Notes under the pieces: generated by a model
Database searches by the model: none
Seen by the model: the letters and a program-made list of their open reading frames with translations, nothing else
Told to the model about the DNA's origin: nothing
Shown: piece by piece, positions 1 to 8,479 of the stretch
How the letters are laid out: each line of letters opens with the position of its first letter
Position numbering within the stretch: position 1 is the stretch's first letter
Virus record (IMG/VR): IMGVR_UViG_3300042431_000893
Span: 1-59,539 of that record
Source of the DNA: a virus
Lineage: Duplodnaviria; Caudoviricetes
Reading direction: 5' to 3' (one strand)
Length of the DNA stretch: 59,539 bases
Translations under genes and position numbers: made by a program

Positions 1-769
1 GTAAAAAAAATGGAATGGCTCGTTTGGCTGGTAAATGTTTTGCGTGTGATTTCCATTTAGATTTATAAAAATCACCAATAATTAAACGTCTAAAACCACT
101 GCAGTCAAATACAAAATCAACAGGAATTATTATATCGTTTACTACGAGTGACGTAATGTAATTGTCATCATTATTTTTAATTTCTTTCACCACGCCCTCA
201 ACTCTTTTAATCCCTCTTGATTCTCCAACTTGTCTTAAAAATTTGGCGAGAACTCGTGCATCAAAATGTAAAGACCACAGACCGTAGTTATCAAATTTTT
301 CTAGTGGATTACTCACATTAATTTTATCGTTTTCAATAAAAGGCACGCAAAAATTGTCTGACATTTGTTGATAAAATACGTGTTCATTAAATTTATGTTT
401 TAATTGTGCTGAATATATTAATGAAAAACATGTGTCTTTTTCTATAAATGGATTTAATCTATAAGAGTGTGTTTCAGATGCAGACGAATACGAAGCAAAT
501 GGATGGTAATAATATTGTGTGTTTGCTGACCAATTTGTAAATTTAATACCGTTTTTTATGGTTGCATTACAATTTTTAACTAAATCAGAAAATGGTATTC
601 CTAAAAAATCAAAAAACCCAACAAGGTGAGGAGTTGTTCCTTCGCCAGCACCCAATATGCCAATCTCGTCACTTTCAATTAAAACTATATTTGTATCTGG
701 ATAGATTATTTGCGCGTAAAGAGCAGTCATCCAACCCGCAGTCCCGCCACCGACAATAACTACATTCAT
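1..769 (-). CDS. Tryptophan 7-halogenase-like flavin-dependent enzyme (runs off the window edge)
   Basis: Not in the ORF track. My translation from ATG at 769 reads MNVVIVGGGTAGWMTAL...GILGAGEGTTP...ATIKNGIKFTNW...LHFDA...FVFDCSGFRRLII, i.e. the GxGxxG FAD motif and PrnA-family motifs. Confidence 0.9.
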   Translation of the reverse strand, partial: MNVVIVGGGTAGWMTALYAQIIYPDTNIVLIESDEIGILGAGEGTTPHLVGFFDFLGIPFSDLVKNCNATIKNGIKFTNWSANTQYYYHPFASYSSASETHSYRLNPFIEKDTCFSLIYSAQLKHKFNEHVFYQQMSDNFCVPFIENDKINVSNPLEKFDNYGLWSLHFDARVLAKFLRQVGESRGIKRVEGVVKEIKNNDDNYITSLVVNDIIIPVDFVFDCSGFRRLIIGDFYKSKWKSHAKHLPAKRAIPFFL

Positions 770-770
770 A

Positions 771-1061
771 CTATAGGTAGTGTTTAATTATTGCCGTAAT
801 TGCCAAAATTGACCACAATATATTAAACCATATTAGCGTTGGAATAGTTTTTACGGTTGATGACCATATTAGTCCAACACTAGAGATTAAAGCAAATATG
901 TATAACCACCATATTTCAATATCAAACAACAAACCAGGAATAATAATACAAGCCTTGATAACAAATGCTAAAAATTCTATGGTGTTTGCTTTATTCCAAT
1001 AAGCTTTTACCCTCATTGTTCTGAGGGCTTTTAACCATTCAGTACCTTGTTTATTTTTCAT
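771..1061 (-). CDS. Small multi-pass membrane protein, unknown function
   Basis: 96 aa with three hydrophobic segments; stop abuts the halogenase start; preceded by TGA-TACTAT 6 nt before ATG. Confidence 0.7.
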   Translation of the reverse strand: MKNKQGTEWLKALRTMRVKAYWNKANTIEFLAFVIKACIIIPGLLFDIEIWWLYIFALISSVGLIWSSTVKTIPTLIWFNILWSILAITAIIKHYL

Positions 1062-1171
1062 TGCACTATAGTATCATATTGCGTAGTGAAACAGCAGCTT
1101 CTCGTATCGCCTTTAAAGGTAAAAGTGTTTTTTATTTATCCTAAAAACAACTATTAAGTTATAATATAGGC
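1062..1171. promoter_or_regulatory. Divergent promoter region with leaderless starts
   Basis: Minus strand TG-A-TACTAT (1076-1068) lies 6 nt before ATG 1061; plus strand TATAAT (1160-1165) lies 6 nt before ATG 1172; no Shine-Dalgarno for either. Confidence 0.6.
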
Positions 1172-1357
1172 ATGAATAAACCGGCCCGAATTTTTGTATT
1201 TATAGCTATATTTATAGCCGTGTTTGCTCTAAGCGGATGTTCTCGTTATCGCTATGAATGTCAAGATTATGCAAACTGGGAAAAACCAGAATGCAATCCG
1301 CCGATCTGTGTTCCGGATGGGATATGCACAAAAGATGTGCTCAAGGAGGCTCCATAA
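1172..1357 (+). CDS. Small Cys-rich lipoprotein
   Basis: Signal peptide with lipobox ALSG-C, followed by four further Cys. Confidence 0.75.
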   Translation: MNKPARIFVFIAIFIAVFALSGCSRYRYECQDYANWEKPECNPPICVPDGICTKDVLKEAP

Positions 1358-1665
1358 TGAGTTATGATAAAAAGCGTTATACAGGGGATGAACTTCACGC
1401 CCGAATGATTTTTACTGTAGCCATTATTTTGGCAGCAGTTTTTGCCATAACAGTCATTGGCTTTGTTTATGCTTTGATGTTTGTTACCCAGCCACTCGGA
1501 CAACAATCACCTAACGACTCTGCGTTTATTGACTTGCTCAAAACATTGACCGTATTCCTTACCGGTTCGCTTGGTGGTCTGGTCATGTCAAACGGAATGA
1601 AATCAAAAAAATCACAAGAAGACAAGGATGGTAACGGTATTCCTGATCACCTGGAAGGCGGCTGA
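1357..1665 (+). CDS. Two-TM membrane protein
   Basis: Start moved to ATG 1357 (TAATG overlap, GGAGG upstream); two hydrophobic helices; C-terminal DKDGNGIPD calcium-loop-like motif. Confidence 0.7.
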   Translation: MSYDKKRYTGDELHARMIFTVAIILAAVFAITVIGFVYALMFVTQPLGQQSPNDSAFIDLLKTLTVFLTGSLGGLVMSNGMKSKKSQEDKDGNGIPDHLEGG

Positions 1666-2069
1666 TGTACGAATACCGTGTAAAGAAAGTTCTTAAAGTT
1701 GTTGATGGGGACACTATTGATGTTGACATTGATTTGGGATTCAGTATTTCTTATACCCAGCGTGTTCGTCTTGCCGGTATTGATACACCTGAATCTCGTA
1801 CAACAGATAAAGCCGAAAAAGTTTTGGGGTTGGAAGTAAAAGACAGATTAAAAAAAGCAATTGATGCTGCAACAAATATTGTTATCAAAACCGAAAAGCC
1901 AGACAGTTCAGAAAAGTATGGTCGTATTTTGGGTTGGGTATTTCTTGATGACAACAAAGTGTCTATCAATCAAACATTGATTGATGAAGGCTATGCGTGG
2001 GGTTATATGGGCGAAACAAAAGTTAAAGACTTTGATGCGCTTTTAAAGAAGAGAAATGGCAAAAAGTAA
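1665..2069 (+). CDS. Thermonuclease (SNase-like) family nuclease
   Basis: VVDGDTID, RVRLAGIDTPE and KYGRILG motifs. Confidence 0.9.
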   Translation: MYEYRVKKVLKVVDGDTIDVDIDLGFSISYTQRVRLAGIDTPESRTTDKAEKVLGLEVKDRLKKAIDAATNIVIKTEKPDSSEKYGRILGWVFLDDNKVSINQTLIDEGYAWGYMGETKVKDFDALLKKRNGKK

Positions 2070-2314
2070 TGAAGGTTTGGATTGATCAAGACTTATGTAC
2101 TGGCGATGGACTGTGTGCAGAAATAGCTCCGGATGTGTTCATCATGCTGGAGGATGGGTTGGCGTATGTTCAAGAGAATGGGAAAGTATATTCAAAGTTG
2201 CGAGGGAACCCAGAAGGCGCAAGTGGGTTGGCTTCTTTCGCAGACGATAGGCTAGCCGATGTTATTGATGCGGCTGAAGATTGCCCAGGTGAATGTATTT
2301 TCATAGAGGAATAA
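2069..2314 (+). CDS. fdx: Single-cluster ferredoxin, actinobacterial type
   Basis: IDQDLCTGDGLC...APDVF...AAEDCPGECI (CxxDxxC...CP). Confidence 0.9.
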   Translation: MKVWIDQDLCTGDGLCAEIAPDVFIMLEDGLAYVQENGKVYSKLRGNPEGASGLASFADDRLADVIDAAEDCPGECIFIEE

Positions 2315-2315
2315 A

Positions 2316-5300
2316 ATGAATACCCCTCGTAAGGTTAGTTTGGCTTTCCGAAATAAAATATCATGGTTGCCATTCGCATTGGCATTCATGGGACTTATTG
2401 CCCCGATACAGCAAGTCAGAGCAGACGAAGATCCAACTCCAATATCTGATGCTGGCTTTGAAAGTAATTCTTTTTCTGGTTGGTCAAAAGGTAATCAAAC
2501 CGGAAACTTAAATGCTACAACTATTGGCGGTAACGGCACTGGCGTAACTATTTTTAGCGGGTTAAGAACATTTACGCACTCCTCTCATCCGGCTATCGGA
2601 AATCCTCTTAAGAACGGTCAACCAAATCCTTATTATGCCCCATCTGTTCCAGCGGGTAGTTGGGCATTTCAGCCAAGCGCTGGCGGATACGCTGTTGCTT
2701 TGCAACCCAAAGGTGAGCAAACATTTACTCAAGCAAGAACTGCTCTTGGTCTTTCAAGTGGTGATGAAACAGCAATAAAAGCAATTCTTACAGCAGACTC
2801 TCAAGCCGGTCTTGGAGGAGGTTCCAATCCGACAGACGCTGCGTGGATTACAAGAGAAGTTGAATTAACAGCTGGCACTACATACACAATGTCTTGGAAT
2901 TATTTGGGGACAGACTATGTACCTTTTAATGACGGTTCAATAACATCATTAATTTTTGTTTCAGCTACCGCTCCAACAACTACTACCACAAGTAGTACAA
3001 CCACTATTGAATCAACAACAACCCTTGCGTCAACAACTACTATTGCCCCAACTACAACAGTTGAATCAACAACTACAATTGCATCTACAACCACAATTGC
3101 TCCAACCACAACTGTTGAGTCAACAACAACAGTTGCCCCAGCAACAACTGTTGCTCCAACAACTACGGTTGAGTCAACAACAACCGTTGCTCCACCGACT
3201 ACTGTTGAATCAACAACAACAATTCCAGTATCTTCTATGGCTAATGAAGAGCCAATTATTACTGTTAACAATTATGTTAGATCATATGCGTTGCTTGGGT
3301 TTACAAATCCGGGAACAGGAGATTATTCAACAAACTCATATGGCGCAACTGGCTGGCAAACATCAACATATGAAGTTTCAGTTACCGGTATTTATAAATT
3401 AGGATTTGCTGTTTTCAATCTTGGCGATACCGCATTGTCTCCAATATTGATTATTGATAACACAAATGGTTCAACAGAAAAATGTGTATCTGGAGCTTGC
3501 TCGTCATTTGGCGGAGTGCCATCCAATAATTCAACAGCCCCAACCGTTGCACCAACGACTACCGCTGACGCTTCTACAACTTCCACATCTACCACCACAA
3601 CAAGCAGCACAACCACCACTGTTTTTATAAATACAACAAACCAGCCAGTAACCCAAACAACTGTAGAAAATGACCCAGAAGAGCCTATAGACCCCTCTGA
3701 GACCGATCCAGGGCTAGTAGGTACCACACTCCCACAAGTAATAGTGATAGACCCTGAAACAGAATCCACAACGGTGACGCTTCCAACAGAAACATTGCCT
3801 GAAACCGGACAAACAGTAGCGACCATTCCAGAAGATGGGGAACCAACCGAAACAACCATCCCAGAAGAGTGGGAACCAACAGACACAACTTTGCCCCTAA
3901 TAGTAATAGACCCAACAAAACCCGGAACGGTAGTAGTAATAATTCCACCAGATGATTATACCGTCACCGATGTAGAAGACAACGAGCCAATCACGACAGC
4001 AATACTGGATAACATTCTTGAAGATACATTCACGCCTGGCGTTGAAATTACTGCTGATGAAGTTGGTGCTGTTCTTGACACACTTCTTGGGGCGGAGCTT
4101 ACTGATACTCAGCTTGACAATGTTTTAGAAGCCGTGTTTACCGAAGATGTTTCGGCAGATGTATTTACTGAAGCACTGACAACAATGCTAGATGCAGACA
4201 TAACTAGCGAACAACTTATAGCAGTTTTGGATTCTGCTTTCTCTGAAGATACTTCTGCTGAGAATATGGTGGCGGCTTTGGATTCAATTTTTGATGGCCC
4301 AATTAGTTCTGGCGATTTAGATAAAGTTATGGAAGCTGTGTTTGATGAGGACATTTCTGTTGAGGACACTATGGAAGTGCTTGGCGACTTGCTTGAAACA
4401 AATCTCAGTCAAGCAGAAACAGAAGCAGTATTTGACAGCGTGTTTGATGCAGATCTTTCCGATGCAGAAACCATTGACCTCATCGTTGATGTATTGAAAG
4501 ACGGTCTTACCGCAGACAATTTAGGTGCTGCTCTTGGTGCAGTCTTTGACGAAGAAGTAAGTACTGAGGTTTTGATTGAAACTTTTACTGCCGTCTTGGG
4601 CAACGAACTTAACGAAGAATCACTTGGGGTCATCGTTGATGTTTTGGAATCAGAATCAATTACAAGCGAGCAAGTTGGACAAGTTGTTACGTTGGTAATT
4701 GAACAGGAAGGTGGTATTCCTAGTGACCAAGCAACAGAGCTGGCAACGAGTCCTAAAGTTCTTGAAAGCATTGACGGTGAACAAGCAACAGAAGTTTTTG
4801 CTGCAGTTGTTGTTTCCGAAGTTTCGGCAGAAGATGGAGCGGCTATATCTGAAGCACTTATAGAAGCATCTGTTGAAGTTAAGGAATCATTTGAAGAAGA
4901 AATAAATGTTTTTACTGGAGTATTTGATACTTATATTGCTGTTGGTTCAGTAGTTGACACTGGTGATCGTAGGTCTTTAATTGCAGCAGCGGCAGCAGTT
5001 GCTACTGTTGCTGCAAACGCTGTAGCTGGTGGTGCTGGTTCAAATGGTTCTGGGGGAAATTCTGGTGGGGGAAGTCCTAGCGGAGATTCTAATCGTGCTG
5101 CAAGAAAAGAAGAAGAGCAAGAAATGGCTGGAGAAATATCTGGCGGAGAAGATGATGATACAGATTATGCTAAAAATAGCATTTTCAGGTATTATATTGA
5201 GGAGGGTATAGAGATGAAAAAATTTGATTTGTTAGGTTTTGTTAAAAAACTTTGGGATATAACAGCTGGTTTGGCTTTTACAATTGCCGGAAGCGTTGTT

Positions 5301-5408
5301 GTTTATTACACACTTTCTGGTATGACGCAAAAGATTGCTTTATTTTCTACGATAATGGCTTGTGTAGTTCATTATGTGCATCAAATATTTAAAAACGATA
5401 CCGATTAA
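2316..5408 (+). CDS. Large exported, membrane-anchored Thr-rich (mucin-like) surface protein
   Basis: N-terminal signal peptide, TTT(V/I)(ES/AP/AS) repeats, acidic 17-aa repeats, Gly/Ser linker, two C-terminal TM helices. Confidence 0.8.
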   Translation: MNTPRKVSLAFRNKISWLPFALAFMGLIAPIQQVRADEDPTPISDAGFESNSFSGWSKGNQTGNLNATTIGGNGTGVTIFSGLRTFTHSSHPAIGNPLKNGQPNPYYAPSVPAGSWAFQPSAGGYAVALQPKGEQTFTQARTALGLSSGDETAIKAILTADSQAGLGGGSNPTDAAWITREVELTAGTTYTMSWNYLGTDYVPFNDGSITSLIFVSATAPTTTTTSSTTTIESTTTLASTTTIAPTTTVESTTTIASTTTIAPTTTVESTTTVAPATTVAPTTTVESTTTVAPPTTVESTTTIPVSSMANEEPIITVNNYVRSYALLGFTNPGTGDYSTNSYGATGWQTSTYEVSVTGIYKLGFAVFNLGDTALSPILIIDNTNGSTEKCVSGACSSFGGVPSNNSTAPTVAPTTTADASTTSTSTTTTSSTTTTVFINTTNQPVTQTTVENDPEEPIDPSETDPGLVGTTLPQVIVIDPETESTTVTLPTETLPETGQTVATIPEDGEPTETTIPEEWEPTDTTLPLIVIDPTKPGTVVVIIPPDDYTVTDVEDNEPITTAILDNILEDTFTPGVEITADEVGAVLDTLLGAELTDTQLDNVLEAVFTEDVSADVFTEALTTMLDADITSEQLIAVLDSAFSEDTSAENMVAALDSIFDGPISSGDLDKVMEAVFDEDISVEDTMEVLGDLLETNLSQAETEAVFDSVFDADLSDAETIDLIVDVLKDGLTADNLGAALGAVFDEEVSTEVLIETFTAVLGNELNEESLGVIVDVLESESITSEQVGQVVTLVIEQEGGIPSDQATELATSPKVLESIDGEQATEVFAAVVVSEVSAEDGAAISEALIEASVEVKESFEEEINVFTGVFDTYIAVGSVVDTGDRRSLIAAAAAVATVAANAVAGGAGSNGSGGNSGGGSPSGDSNRAARKEEEQEMAGEISGGEDDDTDYAKNSIFRYYIEEGIEMKKFDLLGFVKKLWDITAGLAFTIAGSVVVYYTLSGMTQKIALFSTIMACVVHYVHQIFKNDTD
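2998..3228 (+). repeat. Degenerate 18-bp (6-aa) coding tandem repeat, about 13 units
   Basis: TTTIES TTTLAS TTTIAP TTTVES TTTIAS TTTIAP TTTVES TTTVAP ATTVAP TTTVES TTTVAP PTTVES TTTIP. Confidence 0.85.
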
Positions 5409-5473
5409 TTTACCTTTAATAGCCAATGTTGTATAATGGTAGTCGGCACCAATGGGTGCTAGGAGGATGATCA

Positions 5474-5671
5474 ATGTCTAGTTTGTTGAATGAGAATAAT
5501 AAGAAAATGTTAGCGTCTTATGCTAGGTCTTGTGTTGGAGCAGGTCTTGCAGTCTATATGACGGGAAACACAAGTCCAAAAGATATCGCAACGGCAGCAT
5601 TTGCTGGTTTAGTTCCAGTTATTATGCGTTGGTTGAATCCAAACGATCCAGCTTTTGGTCGCGGTAAATAA
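5474..5671 (+). CDS. Holin
   Basis: 65 aa, two hydrophobic segments, ASYARS...RWLNPND pattern, AGGAGG RBS, directly upstream of the endolysin. Confidence 0.75.
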   Translation: MSSLLNENNKKMLASYARSCVGAGLAVYMTGNTSPKDIATAAFAGLVPVIMRWLNPNDPAFGRGK

Positions 5672-5690
5672 TTTAAATTAAGGAGTCTAC

Positions 5691-6545
5691 ATGAATAAAA
5701 AAGTTGAATGGGACATCATTGTTCCGGTTAAATTACCAATTAGTTTAAAAAATGTAGAACCTGGCAAACTCCACCCATCGCTACTCCGTGACATTCCGCA
5801 GGGAGGTAAGTTACATTACCTTGCTGCTGATGCATGGAATGCGATGGTGGATGCTGCTAAAAAAGATGGTGTTGAATTGAAGCCGACTAGTTCGGGAGAT
5901 ACTTATAGAAGTTATGACGCTCAGAAAGCTGGGTTTTTACAAAGATATCAATTACAACCAATTCCTGGCCAGAGTACAAAAACTTTTGAAGGTAAGACTT
6001 GGTATCTTAAAAAAGGTATGGCTATGCTGGCTACACCAGGCAAGAGTCAACATAATTTAGGTTTGGCTGTAGATATTCATACTGCCGGAGAGCCAAAGCG
6101 TTTGAAATGGCTTATCGCTAATGTTTTAAAATTTGGATTTAGTTGGGAAGTTGTTCCAAGCGAACCATGGCATATACGCTACACAGAGGGTGATGCTGTT
6201 CCTCAAGCTGTTAAGGATTGGCTTACTCTTAACCCCAAACCAGCAGGTATGTTTGGCACACCAGCAGAGCAGAAAGCTGTTGCTGAAACTGTTGTCGCTA
6301 AAGCACAAGAGCCAAAAACAATAGATACATCTATTGCAAATGGCAAACCAAAAATTATTAAAGATTATAAAGGCAAAGCCGTAAAAGAAGCACAAGATTT
6401 ACTTACTAAGCATGGTTTTCAATGCCGCCCTGATGGTGATTTTGGTCCAAAAACTCAAGAAGTTGTTAAGCAATTTCAAAAATCAAAATCTATTCCTATC
6501 ACTGGAGAAGTTGACGAATTAACATGGGCGGCTTTGCTCTCTTAA
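5691..6545 (+). CDS. Endolysin: M15 (VanY-like) Zn peptidase plus C-terminal peptidoglycan-binding domain
   Basis: YRSYDAQ, PGKSQHNLGLAVD, EPWH; C-terminal DGDFGPKT..VKQFQ...TGEVDELTW. Confidence 0.9.
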   Translation: MNKKVEWDIIVPVKLPISLKNVEPGKLHPSLLRDIPQGGKLHYLAADAWNAMVDAAKKDGVELKPTSSGDTYRSYDAQKAGFLQRYQLQPIPGQSTKTFEGKTWYLKKGMAMLATPGKSQHNLGLAVDIHTAGEPKRLKWLIANVLKFGFSWEVVPSEPWHIRYTEGDAVPQAVKDWLTLNPKPAGMFGTPAEQKAVAETVVAKAQEPKTIDTSIANGKPKIIKDYKGKAVKEAQDLLTKHGFQCRPDGDFGPKTQEVVKQFQKSKSIPITGEVDELTWAALLS

Positions 6546-6577
6546 GTGATTTGATATAAAATTACATAGGAGTAATT

Positions 6578-6910
6578 ATGGCTGCAACTAGAAATATTAC
6601 TATATATCAAGGCGATACTTACGCTCATGAATTGCGTATAAGAGATAGCGCTAACGCTAATGTTAATATTACTAGTCGGACATACACTGGTCAAATCAGA
6701 AAAAAAAGAAATTCAGAAACTGCAGCCGCTACTTTTTCATCAGAAATAACCAGCGCTGCCAATGGCGTTGTTGTTATGTCTCTGTCTTCAGCTAATACGG
6801 CAAATATTGCGGCTGGAGTTTATGTGTATGATTTTCAAGAAACAAACGGTAATGCTGTTACAACACTTATAACCGGAGTTTGCACAGTCACTGGTGAGGT
6901 CAGCCGATAA
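6578..6910 (+). CDS. Putative virion structural protein (BppU-N-like beta fold)
   Basis: IYQGDT...GQIRK...GVYVYD pattern; first gene of the structural run; AGGAG RBS. Confidence 0.6.
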   Translation: MAATRNITIYQGDTYAHELRIRDSANANVNITSRTYTGQIRKKRNSETAAATFSSEITSAANGVVVMSLSSANTANIAAGVYVYDFQETNGNAVTTLITGVCTVTGEVSR

Positions 6911-7209
6911 TGGCTGCTGATATAACTACCGTTCAGATAACTAGTGGCGATATAACCTCTCTTTCCGTTACGAATGATATTTCAAATGTTACTGTTGCTA
7001 GTGAAATTACAGCAATTACTGTGCAAACAAATGACACAACTGTTTTGACACAATCGGCAGGGACAATTAATTTAGCAAGTTTAAGTTTAAGTAATACGGC
7101 TCCAGCAGATATCGCAAGAACTGCTAGTGCTGGGTCAAGCAATGTGGCGGCTAGAGCCGACCATGTTCATAACGCAGCAAATCTGCTTATGGATGGAGGA
7201 AACTATTAA
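6910..7209 (+). CDS. Putative fibre/structural protein
   Basis: Thr/Ser/Val-rich, AARADHVH motif, ends DGGNY; coupled by TAATG overlaps. Confidence 0.55.
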   Translation: MAADITTVQITSGDITSLSVTNDISNVTVASEITAITVQTNDTTVLTQSAGTINLASLSLSNTAPADIARTASAGSSNVAARADHVHNAANLLMDGGNY

Positions 7210-8210
7210 TGGCAAATACACTAAGGATTAAAAGAAGGTCATCAGCTGGATCAGCTGGCGCACCAACAAGTCTAGAAAATGCAGAATTAGCTTTTAACGA
7301 AGCGGATAATATTCTTTATTACGGAACAGGCAGTGGTGGCGCTGGAGGCTCGGCAACTTCTGTTATTGCCATTGCTGGTTATGGTGCTTACCTTACTCTT
7401 GGAACATCCCAAACGGTTACTGGAGATAAAACATTTTCTGGAACTGTTTCTGTCGCAACACCATCAGCTAACGCGCACGCAGCAACTAAACTTTATGTTG
7501 ACAATGCAATTAGCAATGTAGCAACATCGTTTACAGCAGCTGGTGATAGCGGCACGGTTTCTATTTCCAGTGGCACTGATACTCTCACAATTGCTGGCGG
7601 TACGGGACTGACATCATCGGCTGGTGCTACAGATACTGTTACAATTAATCTTGATAACACAGCTGTTACGGCCGCAAGTTATGGTGCTGCCGGTACTGTT
7701 GGAACATTTACAGTAGATGCGCAAGGTCGTTTGACAGCAGCATCTAATTCAACAATCTCAATTACCTCATCACAAATTAGCGATAGGGCAACAACCCTTG
7801 TAACTGGTTTGACAGGAACAGCAAATGAAATTGCAGTATCAAACTCTGGTGTTGGTGCAGTAACACTTAGTCTCCCAGCTAATGTTACCATTTCAAACAA
7901 TCTTACTGTAACTGGCGATTTGACCGTACAAGGCAATACAACAACTCTTAACACAGCAACTTTGGTTGTTGAAGATAAAAATATTGTTTTAGCAAATGTT
8001 GCAACTCCAACAGACACAACAGCAGATGGTGCTGGTTTTACCATTAAAGGCGCAAGCGATAAAACTCTTAACTGGGTTGATGCAACAGATGCTTGGACTT
8101 CATCAGAGCATTTCAATTTGCTTAGCGGGAAAGTGTTTAAAATAAACGGCACAACTGTATTAAGCGGAACAAACTTAGACAATGTTACTGTAGACGGTGG
8201 TACTTTTTAG
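7209..8210 (+). CDS. Fibre-like virion protein
   Basis: ANTLRIKRR...ELAFN N-terminus, QTVTGDKTF, AATKLYVD, TVDAQGRLTAAS and GDLTVQG fibre motifs. Confidence 0.7.
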   Translation: MANTLRIKRRSSAGSAGAPTSLENAELAFNEADNILYYGTGSGGAGGSATSVIAIAGYGAYLTLGTSQTVTGDKTFSGTVSVATPSANAHAATKLYVDNAISNVATSFTAAGDSGTVSISSGTDTLTIAGGTGLTSSAGATDTVTINLDNTAVTAASYGAAGTVGTFTVDAQGRLTAASNSTISITSSQISDRATTLVTGLTGTANEIAVSNSGVGAVTLSLPANVTISNNLTVTGDLTVQGNTTTLNTATLVVEDKNIVLANVATPTDTTADGAGFTIKGASDKTLNWVDATDAWTSSEHFNLLSGKVFKINGTTVLSGTNLDNVTVDGGTF

Positions 8211-8222
8211 TTAGGAGAGCCA

Positions 8223-8444
8223 ATGGCTAATGTAATTAAAATTAAAAATTCTGGAACGACAACGCATGCTCCAGCGTCTTTGGAATATGGGGAAATTGCC
8301 ATTAACTATGCTGATGGTATCTTATTTTACAAAGATGCTAGTAATACAATTGTTTCTTTTAACATATCAGACGCGATAGGTAATGCAAATCTTGATACTA
8401 ATCTTGCTGATTTAGAAGTATCAGTTGCTATGCAAACCTTCTAG
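8223..8444 (+). CDS. Small fibre-associated protein
   Basis: N-terminus (VIKIKNS...LEYGEIAINYADGILFY) resembles that of the upstream fibre gene. Confidence 0.55.
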   Translation: MANVIKIKNSGTTTHAPASLEYGEIAINYADGILFYKDASNTIVSFNISDAIGNANLDTNLADLEVSVAMQTF

Positions 8445-8479
8445 GGGTTGGAACAGCTTTTCTGTTATAATTGAATATT

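Noticed and set aside
2915-4771. Antisense and alternative-frame ORFs (poly-Val, poly-Gln) over the surface protein
   Set aside because: Shadows of low-complexity repeats with no RBS.
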